Source: Oscillospiraceae bacterium
GTDB lineage: Bacteria > Bacillota > Clostridia > Oscillospirales > Oscillospiraceae
Direction: 5' to 3'
NCBI GenBank assembly: GCA_017428565.1
Contig: JAFRQP010000088.1
Location: 28,651-92,650 of the forward strand
Length of the DNA stretch: 64,000 bases
Shown: positions 9,851 through 17,970 of the stretch, in pieces
Layout of the letters: each line of letters begins with the position of its first letter
Numbering within the stretch: the first letter of the stretch is position 1
Notes under the pieces: generated by a model
Database searches by the model: none
What the model was told of the DNA's origin: nothing
Seen by the model: the letters and a program-made list of their open reading frames with translations, nothing else
Translations under genes and position numbers: made by a program

Positions 9851-10246
9851 ATGAGCGTACAGGAAGAATCGATTCGTCTGCACGGCTGCGGCTTTAACTG
9901 TGCCCAGAGCGTTCTTGCTGCGCTGTGCAGCTATACCGGAATGGAGGAGAAGACTGCTCTGGCCGTATCCGGAGGCTTCGGCGGCGGCGTCCGCTGTGGG
10001 GAAATCTGCGGTGCGGTTTCCGGCGCTGTGATGGCGCTTGGTCTGGTCTGCCCATATACCGACGGGACGGACGCAGAGGCAAAGGCGAGAATTGCCCGTT
10101 TGGCAAAGCAGATGACGGGGGATTTCACGCAAAAGTTCGGCTGTATCCGCTGTCAGGATCTGAAAAAAGGCGGCGTCGTGTGCAACGAGCTGATCGCCTG
10201 GTGCGCTGCCCGGGGCGAGGAAATCATTCGGGAAAACAAAGAATAA
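9851..10246 (+). CDS. C_GCAxxG_C_C family protein (putative redox-active Cys protein)
   Basis: HGCGFNCAQSVLAAL...GGGV..GEICGAVSGAVMALGL...CIRCQDL...CNELIAWC matches the family Cys pattern. ATG at 9851 follows GGAAGGGGG. Confidence 0.65.
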   Translation: MSVQEESIRLHGCGFNCAQSVLAALCSYTGMEEKTALAVSGGFGGGVRCGEICGAVSGAVMALGLVCPYTDGTDAEAKARIARLAKQMTGDFTQKFGCIRCQDLKKGGVVCNELIAWCAARGEEIIRENKE

Positions 10247-10265
10247 TCATACAGGAGAGAACAAA

Positions 10266-11489
10266 ATGGGAATTTATGAAGAACTGGTCGCCCGCGGGCT
10301 CATCGCCCAGGTGACCAACGAGGAAGAGATCCGCGAGATGGTGAACGCTGGCAAAGCCACCTTCTACATCGGCTTTGACTGCACGGCGGACAGCCTGACC
10401 GCCGGCCATTTCATGGCGCTGACGCTGATGAAGCGTCTGCAGCAGGCGGGCAACCGCCCCATCGCCCTCATCGGCGGCGGCACCACCATGATCGGTGACC
10501 CCTCCGGTCGCACCGACATGCGTAAGATGCTGACCCGGGAGGACATTGACCACAATGCCGAGTGCTTCCGCAAGCAGATGGAGAAGTTCATCGAGTTTGG
10601 GCCGGACAAGGCCTTGATGGTGAACAATGCCGACTGGCTGCTGAACCTGAATTACGTGGAGCTTCTGCGTGAGGTCGGCGCCTGCTTCTCCGTGAACAAC
10701 ATGCTGCGGGCCAAGTGCTACGAGCAGCGCATGGAGCGGGGACTGAGCTTTTTTGAGTTCAACTACATGATCATGCAGAGCTACGATTTCTACTACCTGT
10801 TCCAGCACTACAACTGCAACATGCAGTTCGGCGGGGACGATCAGTGGAGCAATATGCTGGGCGGCACGGAGCTGATCCGCAAGAAGCTGGGCAAGGACGC
10901 CCACGCCATGACCATCACCCTGCTCACCGACTCTCACGGCATGAAGATGGGCAAGACCGCCGGCAACGCGGTGTGGCTGGACCCAAACAAGACCAGCCCC
11001 TACGACTTCTACCAGTACTGGCGCAATGTAGAGGATGCGGACGTGCTCAAGTGCATCCGGATGCTGACCTTCCTGCCGCTGGAGCAGATCGACGAGATGG
11101 CCAAGTGGGAGGGCAGCCAGCTCAACCGGGCCAAGGAGATCCTGGCCTTCGAGCTGACCCGCATGGTGCACGGCGAGGAGGAGGCCAAAAAGGCCGAGGC
11201 CTCCGCCAAGGCCCTCTTCGCAGGCGGCGGCGCCAGCGAGAATATGCCAACCACCGAGCTCAACGCTTCGGATCTCGCCGACGGCTCCATCGACCTGATG
11301 AGCCTTCTGGTGAAGACCGGCCTCTGCACCACCAAGTCCGACGCTCGCCGGAACATCCAGCAGGGCGGCGTCACGGTGAACGACGAGAAGGTGACCGATA
11401 TCGGCAAAAGCTTCTCCAGCGAGGAGCTGAAAGCCGGGATCATTCTCAAGCGCGGCAAAAAGAACTTCAATAAGGTCGTTCTGAAATAA
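10266..11489 (+). CDS. tyrS: Tyrosine--tRNA ligase
   Basis: 407 aa, class I aaRS with a KMGKT (KMSKS-type) loop and a C-terminal S4-like domain. Lies downstream of the T-box. Confidence 0.93.
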   Translation: MGIYEELVARGLIAQVTNEEEIREMVNAGKATFYIGFDCTADSLTAGHFMALTLMKRLQQAGNRPIALIGGGTTMIGDPSGRTDMRKMLTREDIDHNAECFRKQMEKFIEFGPDKALMVNNADWLLNLNYVELLREVGACFSVNNMLRAKCYEQRMERGLSFFEFNYMIMQSYDFYYLFQHYNCNMQFGGDDQWSNMLGGTELIRKKLGKDAHAMTITLLTDSHGMKMGKTAGNAVWLDPNKTSPYDFYQYWRNVEDADVLKCIRMLTFLPLEQIDEMAKWEGSQLNRAKEILAFELTRMVHGEEEAKKAEASAKALFAGGGASENMPTTELNASDLADGSIDLMSLLVKTGLCTTKSDARRNIQQGGVTVNDEKVTDIGKSFSSEELKAGIILKRGKKNFNKVVLK

Positions 11490-11494
11490 GAACA

Positions 11495-11521
11495 GCCCCC
11501 GAAGAACAAAACTTCGGGGGC
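11495..11521. terminator. Bidirectional terminator between tyrS and thiT
   Basis: Stem GCCCCCGAAG / CTTCGGGGGC with loop AACAAAA. Confidence 0.7.
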
Positions 11522-11541
11522 GAATTCTTTCTCATATGAGA

Positions 11542-12129
11542 TTACTGCTGTTTCAAATCCTCGCCGTGGATGTATTTTTTCAGCGGCCCGTAGATCGCCA
11601 TGGCCGCGGCGACGGTCAGGATGATCTCGGCCAGCATGTACCAGCCGTTGTACAGGAAGGAGTACAGCCAGGGGCTGGTCATCGCCATGCCCATGAACTC
11701 CTCGGGCATCCACTCGCCCCAGATCCACACGCCGGTGATGTAGTGGCAGACAAGACGCAGCAGGAAGGTGACTACGATGCCGATCACGAGGGCCTTGCGC
11801 GTGTTGCCGGGCTTGCCGCCGAAGAAGGAGGCAAAGCCGATGACGGTATAGGCCAGAAGGTAGTCGAGCACGACGACGCCGGCGGCCATCAGGGCGCTGC
11901 TTGCATACTGCACATTGTCCAGACCCAGCAGCAGCTGCAGCAGACTGTAGGTCAGGCCGGCAAGACCGCCCCATTTCCAGCCGTAGCGGAAGCTGAGGAT
12001 CACAAGGGGCAGCATGCTGCAGGCGGTGACGCCGCCGCCGAAGGGCAGGTCGATCTTGAAGATGCTGAGTACCGTGCCCATCGCAATGAGGATTGCGGTG
12101 TCGGTGAGTTTTCTGGTGTTGGTTTTCAC
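11542..12129 (-). CDS. thiT: Thiamine ECF transporter S component ThiT
   Basis: 195 aa with six TM helices, beginning KTNTRKLTDTAILIAMGTVLS. It is preceded by a TPP riboswitch. GTG start at 12129 with GGGAGA 7 nt upstream. Confidence 0.8.
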   Translation of the reverse strand: MKTNTRKLTDTAILIAMGTVLSIFKIDLPFGGGVTACSMLPLVILSFRYGWKWGGLAGLTYSLLQLLLGLDNVQYASSALMAAGVVVLDYLLAYTVIGFASFFGGKPGNTRKALVIGIVVTFLLRLVCHYITGVWIWGEWMPEEFMGMAMTSPWLYSFLYNGWYMLAEIILTVAAAMAIYGPLKKYIHGEDLKQQ

Positions 12130-12148
12130 ATTCGTTTCTCCCTTTCAC

Positions 12149-12297
12149 AAAAAAATATGCGCAGGTCACACAATGCGAACCTGCGCGAAAATACAAGCAA
12201 GTAGATTTCCTACGCCGGCATTATCCGGATCAGGTTCCATGGTTTCAGAGCTCCATTACTCCGTCTCAGCCGGGAACACCCAGCGCCCATCCAATTG
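12149..12297 (-). promoter_or_regulatory. TPP (THI-box) riboswitch with intrinsic terminator
   Basis: On the minus strand, GGGCGCTGGGTGTTCCCGGCTGAGACGGAG...GGAACCTGATCCGGATAATGCCGGCGTAGGAA shows the canonical CUGAGA and ACCUGAUCYGGAUAAUGCC blocks. Terminator GCGCAGGT/ACCTGCGC plus T7 lies at 12149-12187. Confidence 0.88.
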
Positions 12298-12304
12298 CAG
12301 GTCT

Positions 12305-12333
12305 ATTTTACTCCTATCCATGCGGAACGTCAA
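12305..12333 (-). promoter_or_regulatory. Sigma-A type promoter for the TPP riboswitch-thiT unit
   Basis: On the minus strand: TTGACG, 17 nt spacer, TAAAAT. Confidence 0.6.
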
Positions 12334-12500
12334 GCCTTTTCTTCCGCAAAAAGGCGCATAAACCCTTTGCATTTTCAGATAGAATATGGTAACATACATC
12401 GAAATAAACGAAACAGAGGATGACGCCGCTATGCTTACGCCGCCATAATGGTCATATTTCTTCCGGAAAAACAAACATTCACGCAGAAAGGAAGCAAAGA

Positions 12501-14093
12501 ATGACTGAAATCGAAAAAGAAATCCAACGCCGCAGGACCTTTGCGATTATCTCCCACCCGGACGCGGGCAAAACGACCCTGACGGAGAAGCTGCTGCTCT
12601 ACGGCGGAGCGATCCAGCTGGCCGGCTCTGTGAAGGGCAAGGCCACCGCCCGCCACGCCGTGTCGGACTGGATGGAGCTGGAAAAGCAGCGCGGCATATC
12701 CATCACCTCCTCGGTGATGCAGTTTGAGTATGAGGGTTACTGCATCAACATCCTGGACACCCCGGGACACCAGGACTTTTCCGAGGACACTTACCGCACC
12801 CTTATGGCCGCGGATTCCGCCGTTATGGTCATCGACGCCGCCAAGGGCATCGAGCCCCAGACCCGCAAGCTTTTCAAGATCTGCGCCATGCGGCACATCC
12901 CCATCTTCACCTTCATCAACAAGCTGGACCGGGAGGCGCGCTCTCCCTACGAGCTGATGGAGGAGCTGGAGACGGAGTTCGGCATCGGCACCTATCCCAT
13001 GAACTGGCCCATCGGATGCGGCCAGGACTTCAAGGGTGTCTATGACCGGGAAAAGCAGGCCATCCTGGCCTTCAATGAGTTCCACCGGGGGCAGAGCAGG
13101 ATCCGCGCCATCGAGTGCACCATGGACGAGACTGAGAAGCTGGATGAGCTGATCGGCCACCGCCTGCGGGAGACGCTGGCGGACGATATCGAACTGCTGG
13201 ACGGCGCCGGCTTCGACTTCGACATTGAGGAAGTGCGCGCCGGCCGCCTCAGCCCGGTGTTCTTCGGCTCGGCGCTGAACAACTTCGGTGTCGAGCCCTT
13301 CCTGGAGCACTTCCTGAAAATGACCATGCCGCCGCTGCCCCGCCTGTCCGGGGAGGATGTGGTGGATCCCTTTGACCCTCATTTCTCCGCCTTTGTCTTC
13401 AAGATCCAGGCCAATATGAACAAGGCCCACCGGGATCGCATTGCCTTTATGCGCATCTGCTCCGGCAAGTTTGAACGCGAGAAGGAGTATTTTCACGTGC
13501 AGGGGGGCAAGGCGCTCCGCCTGGCCCAGCCCCAGCAGCTGATGGCCCAGGACCGGGCGATCATTGACGAGGCCTATGCCGGGGACATCATCGGCGTCTT
13601 TGATCCCGGGATATTCTCCATCGGAGACACCATCTGCGAGAAGGGGCAGACGCTCTGCTTTGAGGGGATCCCCACCTTCGCGCCGGAGCATTTTGCCTCC
13701 GTCGAGCGCGTGGACACCATGAAGCGCAAGCAGTTTGAAAAGGGGATCCAGCAAATCGCTCAGGAAGGCGCCATTCAAATCTTCCACGAGCCGCATACAG
13801 GCGTGGAAGAGGTGATTGTCGGCGTTGTCGGCGTGCTGCAGTTTGAGGTGCTGGAATACCGGCTGAAGACCGAATACGGGGTGGATATCCGCCGCAGAGC
13901 CATGCCTTACGAGCACGTGCGCTGGGTCGAAAACGAGGATATTGACATCCCCTCGCTGAATCTGACCAGCGACACGAAATGGGTCCAGGATTTTAAGGGC
14001 AACAACCTGCTGCTGTTTACCTCCTCCTGGTGTATCAACTGGGCTCTGCAGAAGAACGAGGGCCTGCGCCTGCGGGAATTCAACCGAGATTGA
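12501..14093 (+). CDS. prfC: Peptide chain release factor 3
   Basis: RRTFAIISHPDAGKTTLTEKLLLYGG and DTPGHQDF GTPase motifs. ATG at 12501 follows AAAGGAAG. Confidence 0.92.
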   Translation: MTEIEKEIQRRRTFAIISHPDAGKTTLTEKLLLYGGAIQLAGSVKGKATARHAVSDWMELEKQRGISITSSVMQFEYEGYCINILDTPGHQDFSEDTYRTLMAADSAVMVIDAAKGIEPQTRKLFKICAMRHIPIFTFINKLDREARSPYELMEELETEFGIGTYPMNWPIGCGQDFKGVYDREKQAILAFNEFHRGQSRIRAIECTMDETEKLDELIGHRLRETLADDIELLDGAGFDFDIEEVRAGRLSPVFFGSALNNFGVEPFLEHFLKMTMPPLPRLSGEDVVDPFDPHFSAFVFKIQANMNKAHRDRIAFMRICSGKFEREKEYFHVQGGKALRLAQPQQLMAQDRAIIDEAYAGDIIGVFDPGIFSIGDTICEKGQTLCFEGIPTFAPEHFASVERVDTMKRKQFEKGIQQIAQEGAIQIFHEPHTGVEEVIVGVVGVLQFEVLEYRLKTEYGVDIRRRAMPYEHVRWVENEDIDIPSLNLTSDTKWVQDFKGNNLLLFTSSWCINWALQKNEGLRLREFNRD

Positions 14094-14108
14094 GAAAGGA
14101 GCAATTCC

Positions 14109-14714
14109 ATGGCCGAATCCATCAAAATCGAGATCTTCCGGAAAAAGGACGCGGAGGACTTCACCAAAGCTCTCGCCGATCCGGAGAGCCGCGCCCAGAC
14201 AGGCAGCGGCGCCGCCATGACCGCGGCCGTCGCTTCCGCGCTGCTGGAACGCGCCGCGAAGCTGACCCGGGAGGAACTACCGGAGCACGAGCGGGTAATC
14301 TATATCGTGCGCAATGCGGAGATCCTGCGCAATTACATGGTCAACCTGATCGATGAGGACGTGAAAGCCAGGGGACCGTATCGGCGCGCGATCAAGGAAG
14401 GCGATCCCCGCAAGATCGAGGCCGCGACTCAGACTGCCGGCTCCGTCTGCAGTGAGATCGTATGTATGATGGAAAAGGCACTGGAGCTTGCGGAGGAGCT
14501 GGTACCGCTCAGCCCGCCGAAGGCCCGCCATTTTGTGGCGGAGAGTGCGGATCTGGCCCTGGCGGCGGTGCGCGCCTGCATGCGCGTCTGCGTTTTCTGG
14601 GGCGATCAGAGCATCGAGGATACCCGCCGCTACGTGATCCGCCGGGAAAACGAGTTGCAGTGGCAGGAGATCTTCCCCCTGTATCATCGCGTGATCGAAA
14701 AGGCCGAAGCATAA
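14109..14714 (+). CDS. Cyclodeaminase/cyclohydrolase family protein (FTCD C-terminal-like)
   Basis: 201 aa, all-helical. F..ALADPESRAQTGSGAAMTAAVASALLERA resembles FTCD_C/FchA-type proteins. Assigned by recalled pattern only. Confidence 0.5.
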   Translation: MAESIKIEIFRKKDAEDFTKALADPESRAQTGSGAAMTAAVASALLERAAKLTREELPEHERVIYIVRNAEILRNYMVNLIDEDVKARGPYRRAIKEGDPRKIEAATQTAGSVCSEIVCMMEKALELAEELVPLSPPKARHFVAESADLALAAVRACMRVCVFWGDQSIEDTRRYVIRRENELQWQEIFPLYHRVIEKAEA

Positions 14715-14732
14715 TCGAACAAGCCTCTTTTG

Positions 14733-14764
14733 GGCGCCCTCTCATCCTGTGAGGGCGCCTTTTC
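14733..14764 (+). terminator. Rho-independent terminator after the prfC operon
   Basis: Stem GGCGCCCTC / GAGGGCGCC followed by TTTTC. Confidence 0.7.
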
Positions 14765-14805
14765 GGCGGCTGTTTTTGTTTAAGAAATCTTCATAAGCTG
14801 TTTAC

Positions 14806-14834
14806 TTGCCAAGCTCTTGCTTGGGGTGTATAAT
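14806..14834 (+). promoter_or_regulatory. Sigma-A type promoter for cobB-tmk
   Basis: TTGCCA, 17 nt spacer, TATAAT. Confidence 0.6.
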
Positions 14835-14859
14835 TGAAAAAAACAATCGGAGGCGCGCC

Positions 14860-15576
14860 ATGAACGAAGAAATCGCCACGCTGAAGCAGTGGATCCGGGA
14901 CAGTGACAACATCGTTTTTTTCGGCGGCGCAGGGGTCAGCACGGAAAGCGGCATCCCCGATTTTCGCAGCGTTGACGGCCTGTACAACCAAAAGTGGAAA
15001 TATCCGCCGGAGACGATTTTGAGTCACAGCTTCTTTGAACGCTATCCCGAGGAGTACTATCGCTTCCACCGGGCAAAGCTGGTGATCGAGGGTGTTCAGC
15101 CCAACCGCGCCCATAAACGCCTGGCCGAGCTGGAGGCGGAAGGCAAGCTGCGTGCGGTCGTCACCCAGAATATCGACGGGCTGCACCAGGCCGCAGGCAG
15201 CAAAAAGGTGCTGGAGCTGCACGGCAGCATTCTGCGCGCCTATTGCTCCCGCTGCCATAAGCCCTATCCCGCCGATCAGATGAACCACGGCGAAGGCGTT
15301 CCCCGCTGCAGCTGCGGGGGCGTGATTCGGCCGGATATCGTGCTCTATGAAGAGCCCCTGGATCAGGACGTGATGAGCGAGGCGGTGCATTATATCCGAC
15401 ACGCGGATATTCTGATCGTGGGCGGCACCTCGCTGAACGTGTACCCGGCGGCGGGCCTCATCAACTACTACCGCGGCAGCAAGCTCGTTCTGGTCAACCG
15501 CAGCGCAACGCCCTATGACCGTTATGCGGATCTTGTGATCCATGCGAACATCGGCGACGTGTTCAGCCAGATTTAA
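14860..15576 (+). CDS. cobB: NAD-dependent protein deacylase (Sir2 family)
   Basis: GAGVSTESGIPDFRS, TQNIDGLH and Zn-ribbon CSRC...CSCGG motifs. ATG at 14860 follows GGAGG. Confidence 0.9.
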   Translation: MNEEIATLKQWIRDSDNIVFFGGAGVSTESGIPDFRSVDGLYNQKWKYPPETILSHSFFERYPEEYYRFHRAKLVIEGVQPNRAHKRLAELEAEGKLRAVVTQNIDGLHQAAGSKKVLELHGSILRAYCSRCHKPYPADQMNHGEGVPRCSCGGVIRPDIVLYEEPLDQDVMSEAVHYIRHADILIVGGTSLNVYPAAGLINYYRGSKLVLVNRSATPYDRYADLVIHANIGDVFSQI

Positions 15577-15588
15577 GAGGAAGATATC

Positions 15589-16260
15589 ATGGAAAAGGGA
15601 AAACTGATCGTCCTGGAGGGCATCGACGGCAGCGGGAAGTCCGCCCAGTTTCGCCGTCTCTGCGCCAGATTGGAACAGGACGGAATCGACTATAATCATA
15701 TTGTGTTTCCGCGTTATAATGAGGAGAGCAGCGCGCTGATCCGCATGTATCTGGGGGGAGAGTTCGGATCCCGGCCCAATGATGTGAACGCCTACACCGC
15801 CTCGACCTTCTTTGCCGTGGACCGTTTTGCCTCCTATAAGAAGGACTGGGGCTCCGTTTATGAAAACGGCGGCGTTTTTCTTTCGGACCGCTACACCACC
15901 TCCAACGCGGTGCATCAGGGCTGCAAGCTTCCGGATGAGGAGCTGCCCGCCTTCTTTTCCTGGCTGACGGATCTGGAATACAACAAGATGGGTCTGCCCA
16001 AGCCGGACCTGGTGCTGTATCTGGACGTCGACCTGGAGACCTCCCTGGCCAGAATGCGGCGCAGAGAGGCCAAGAACAACACCCATGCCGATATTCATGA
16101 GAAGGATCTGGATTACCTGCGCCGCTGCCTCCGCACGGCGGATCGCGCGGCGGAATACTACGGCTGGACCCGGATCCCCTTCAAGCGCAATGGCGTGGAG
16201 CGGGATGTGGACGAGAAGAACGCGGAGATCTACCGTATTCTGCGGGACACAATAAAATAA
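15589..16260 (+). CDS. tmk: Thymidylate (dTMP) kinase family protein
   Basis: P-loop LEGIDGSGKS, a DRYTTSN motif and an Arg-rich lid LARMRRRE. Confidence 0.8.
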   Translation: MEKGKLIVLEGIDGSGKSAQFRRLCARLEQDGIDYNHIVFPRYNEESSALIRMYLGGEFGSRPNDVNAYTASTFFAVDRFASYKKDWGSVYENGGVFLSDRYTTSNAVHQGCKLPDEELPAFFSWLTDLEYNKMGLPKPDLVLYLDVDLETSLARMRRREAKNNTHADIHEKDLDYLRRCLRTADRAAEYYGWTRIPFKRNGVERDVDEKNAEIYRILRDTIK

Positions 16261-16281
16261 AAAGGGTCTCCGAAGAGACCC
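16253..16281 (-). terminator. Rho-independent terminator of the small Cys-rich ORF (minus strand)
   Basis: Stem GGGTCTC-TTCG-GAGACCC followed by TTTTTATTTTATT on the minus strand. There is no T-run on the plus strand. Confidence 0.7.
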
Positions 16282-16299
16282 CGGGGATGTTATGCGCGC

Positions 16300-16440
16300 T
16301 TAGTTGCAGCCGCAGCCGCAGCCACAGTTGTTGTTGCTCTCGCAGCCGCAGCCGCAGCCAAAGCCGTTACCGCCCCAGCCGAAGAGCAGGATGATGAGGA
16401 TGATGATCCAAACACCGTTGTTGCAGGAATTGCAGAACAT
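16300..16440 (-). CDS. Unannotated 46-aa Cys/Gly-rich single-pass membrane peptide (MFCNSCNNGVWIIILIILLFGWGGNGFGCGCGCESNNNCGCGCGCN)
   Basis: Hand translation of the minus strand; the ORF is below the track's size cut-off. RBS GGAGAAAGGA lies 7 nt upstream of the ATG. A dedicated terminator follows 19 nt after the TAA. The two longer ORFs in other frames here are low-complexity shadows. Confidence 0.6.
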   Translation of the reverse strand: MFCNSCNNGVWIIILIILLFGWGGNGFGCGCGCESNNNCGCGCGCN

Positions 16441-16605
16441 GTCGTCGTCCTTTCTCCGCTTTTCATTTTTCCGGTCATCGCCCCGCGGAACGGGCGATGC
16501 TTTTTCAACAATGGTTTTCGCGCCGCATTTTGCTGCGTTCAGGCCATAGTATGCGATGGAAGATCAAGGTGTTACCCCCTCGCCTTGAGCCGAAGGAGGC
16601 CGCTG

Positions 16606-17970
16606 ATGAGCGACGATTTTGAAAAACAATACGAACTCTATGAGGGTGGAGTCCAGGCAAACCCGGGCGAACAGCCCGAGCTGCCTTTGCAGAAGGCGGA
16701 GAGCGGCGCCTCCCGTGAGCATGGGAGCACGAACCCCGTCGATCGGCTTTTGATCGACAGAACGGGGGAGGAGGCGGTCAACTACACGGGAGATGAGGAG
16801 TCGGAGCGGGATTACCGCCCGATCCGGCAGAGCCACGAATACCGTTCCGGCTGTTTGGGCGGCTTGATGTATTTCCTGTTTATCATCTGCCTCAGCGTTG
16901 TGCTGGCCTGTCTTGGCTGGATGGCCGCCAGTGATATGCTTGCCCTGAACAAGAAGGACTTTTCCGCCACCATCACCCTGCCCATGAACATTTTCGAGAC
17001 GGAGACCGTCGCCAAGTATGATGAGGACGGCAGAGTGGTGGGGACCGAGCGGGTGACCCATGCGGATATGGACTATGTGGCCGACGCCCTGAAGGACGCG
17101 GGCCTGATCGAGTATAAATGGCTGTTCAAAGCCTTCTGCAGGCTTTCCCACGCAGATACCAAGATCTCGCCGGGGGAGTATGAGCTGAAATCCAGCTACG
17201 ATTACCGGGCGCTGATCCAGCACATGACGCCCTTCTCCGGCGGCGCGCTGACGGTGACGGTGACCTTCCCGGAGGGCCTCAACATGCGGCAGATGTTCCT
17301 GCTGCTGGAGGAGAACGGCGTCAGCGATTATGATGAGCTGATGGAAGCGGCTGCAAATTACCGTTTCAACTACAGCTTCCTGGAGGATATCGATCCGGAG
17401 GAGCTGGAGCAGCTTGGTCTGGACCGTTCCGCCCGCCTGGAGGGCTATCTGTTCCCGAACACCTACGAATTCTATGTAAACATGCAGCCTGCCAGCGCCA
17501 TCAACAAGTTCCTGGAGACCTACTACTACAGCTTTGATGAAGAGATGCAGCAGCAGCTGGAGGCCAGCGGCCGGGATATGCAGGAGGTCGTGATCATTGC
17601 CTCCATGATCGAAAAGGAAGCTGCCAACGATGAAGAGCGGGCTTTGATCGCATCGGTCATCTACAACCGTCTCAACAGCGGCATGCCTCTCGGTATCGAC
17701 GCGACGATCCTGTATGTGCATCCGGAGCATGAGGGCGCGCCTACCGCGGATATGCTGGTTGAGGACAGCCCCTATAACACCCGCGATCGGATCGGCCTGC
17801 CGCCCACGCCCATTTGCAATCCGGGCCTTGCTTCTCTGCGAGCGGCCCTGAATCCGGCTGCCACAAATTACTACTATTACGCGCTGGATATGGAGACCGG
17901 AACTCACCGCTTCTTTACCAATGCCAATGAGTTTAACGCCTTCGTCAACACCCAGGACTATGGCGGCTAA
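16606..17970 (+). CDS. mltG: Endolytic murein transglycosylase MltG (YceG-like)
   Basis: An N-terminal TM helix is followed by a YceG domain (LASMIEKEA, SPYNTR..GLPPTPICNPG). ATG at 16606 follows GAAGGAGG. Confidence 0.88.
   Translation: MSDDFEKQYELYEGGVQANPGEQPELPLQKAESGASREHGSTNPVDRLLIDRTGEEAVNYTGDEESERDYRPIRQSHEYRSGCLGGLMYFLFIICLSVVLACLGWMAASDMLALNKKDFSATITLPMNIFETETVAKYDEDGRVVGTERVTHADMDYVADALKDAGLIEYKWLFKAFCRLSHADTKISPGEYELKSSYDYRALIQHMTPFSGGALTVTVTFPEGLNMRQMFLLLEENGVSDYDELMEAAANYRFNYSFLEDIDPEELEQLGLDRSARLEGYLFPNTYEFYVNMQPASAINKFLETYYYSFDEEMQQQLEASGRDMQEVVIIASMIEKEAANDEERALIASVIYNRLNSGMPLGIDATILYVHPEHEGAPTADMLVEDSPYNTRDRIGLPPTPICNPGLASLRAALNPAATNYYYYALDMETGTHRFFTNANEFNAFVNTQDYGG

Noticed and set aside
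16306-16359. Tandem GCAGCC repeats as a possible CRISPR or VNTR array.
   Set aside because: There are only two 18-nt blocks inside a small coding frame, with no spacer/repeat periodicity. This is treated as codon repetition (Cys-Gly) within the peptide gene.
16290-16549. A 73-aa (-) ORF and an 81-aa (+) ORF rich in Ala/Ser/Thr or Pro/Gln runs.
   Set aside because: Both are alternative frames of the GCAGCC-repeat DNA. Only the 46-aa frame has an RBS, a hydrophobic helix and a matching terminator.
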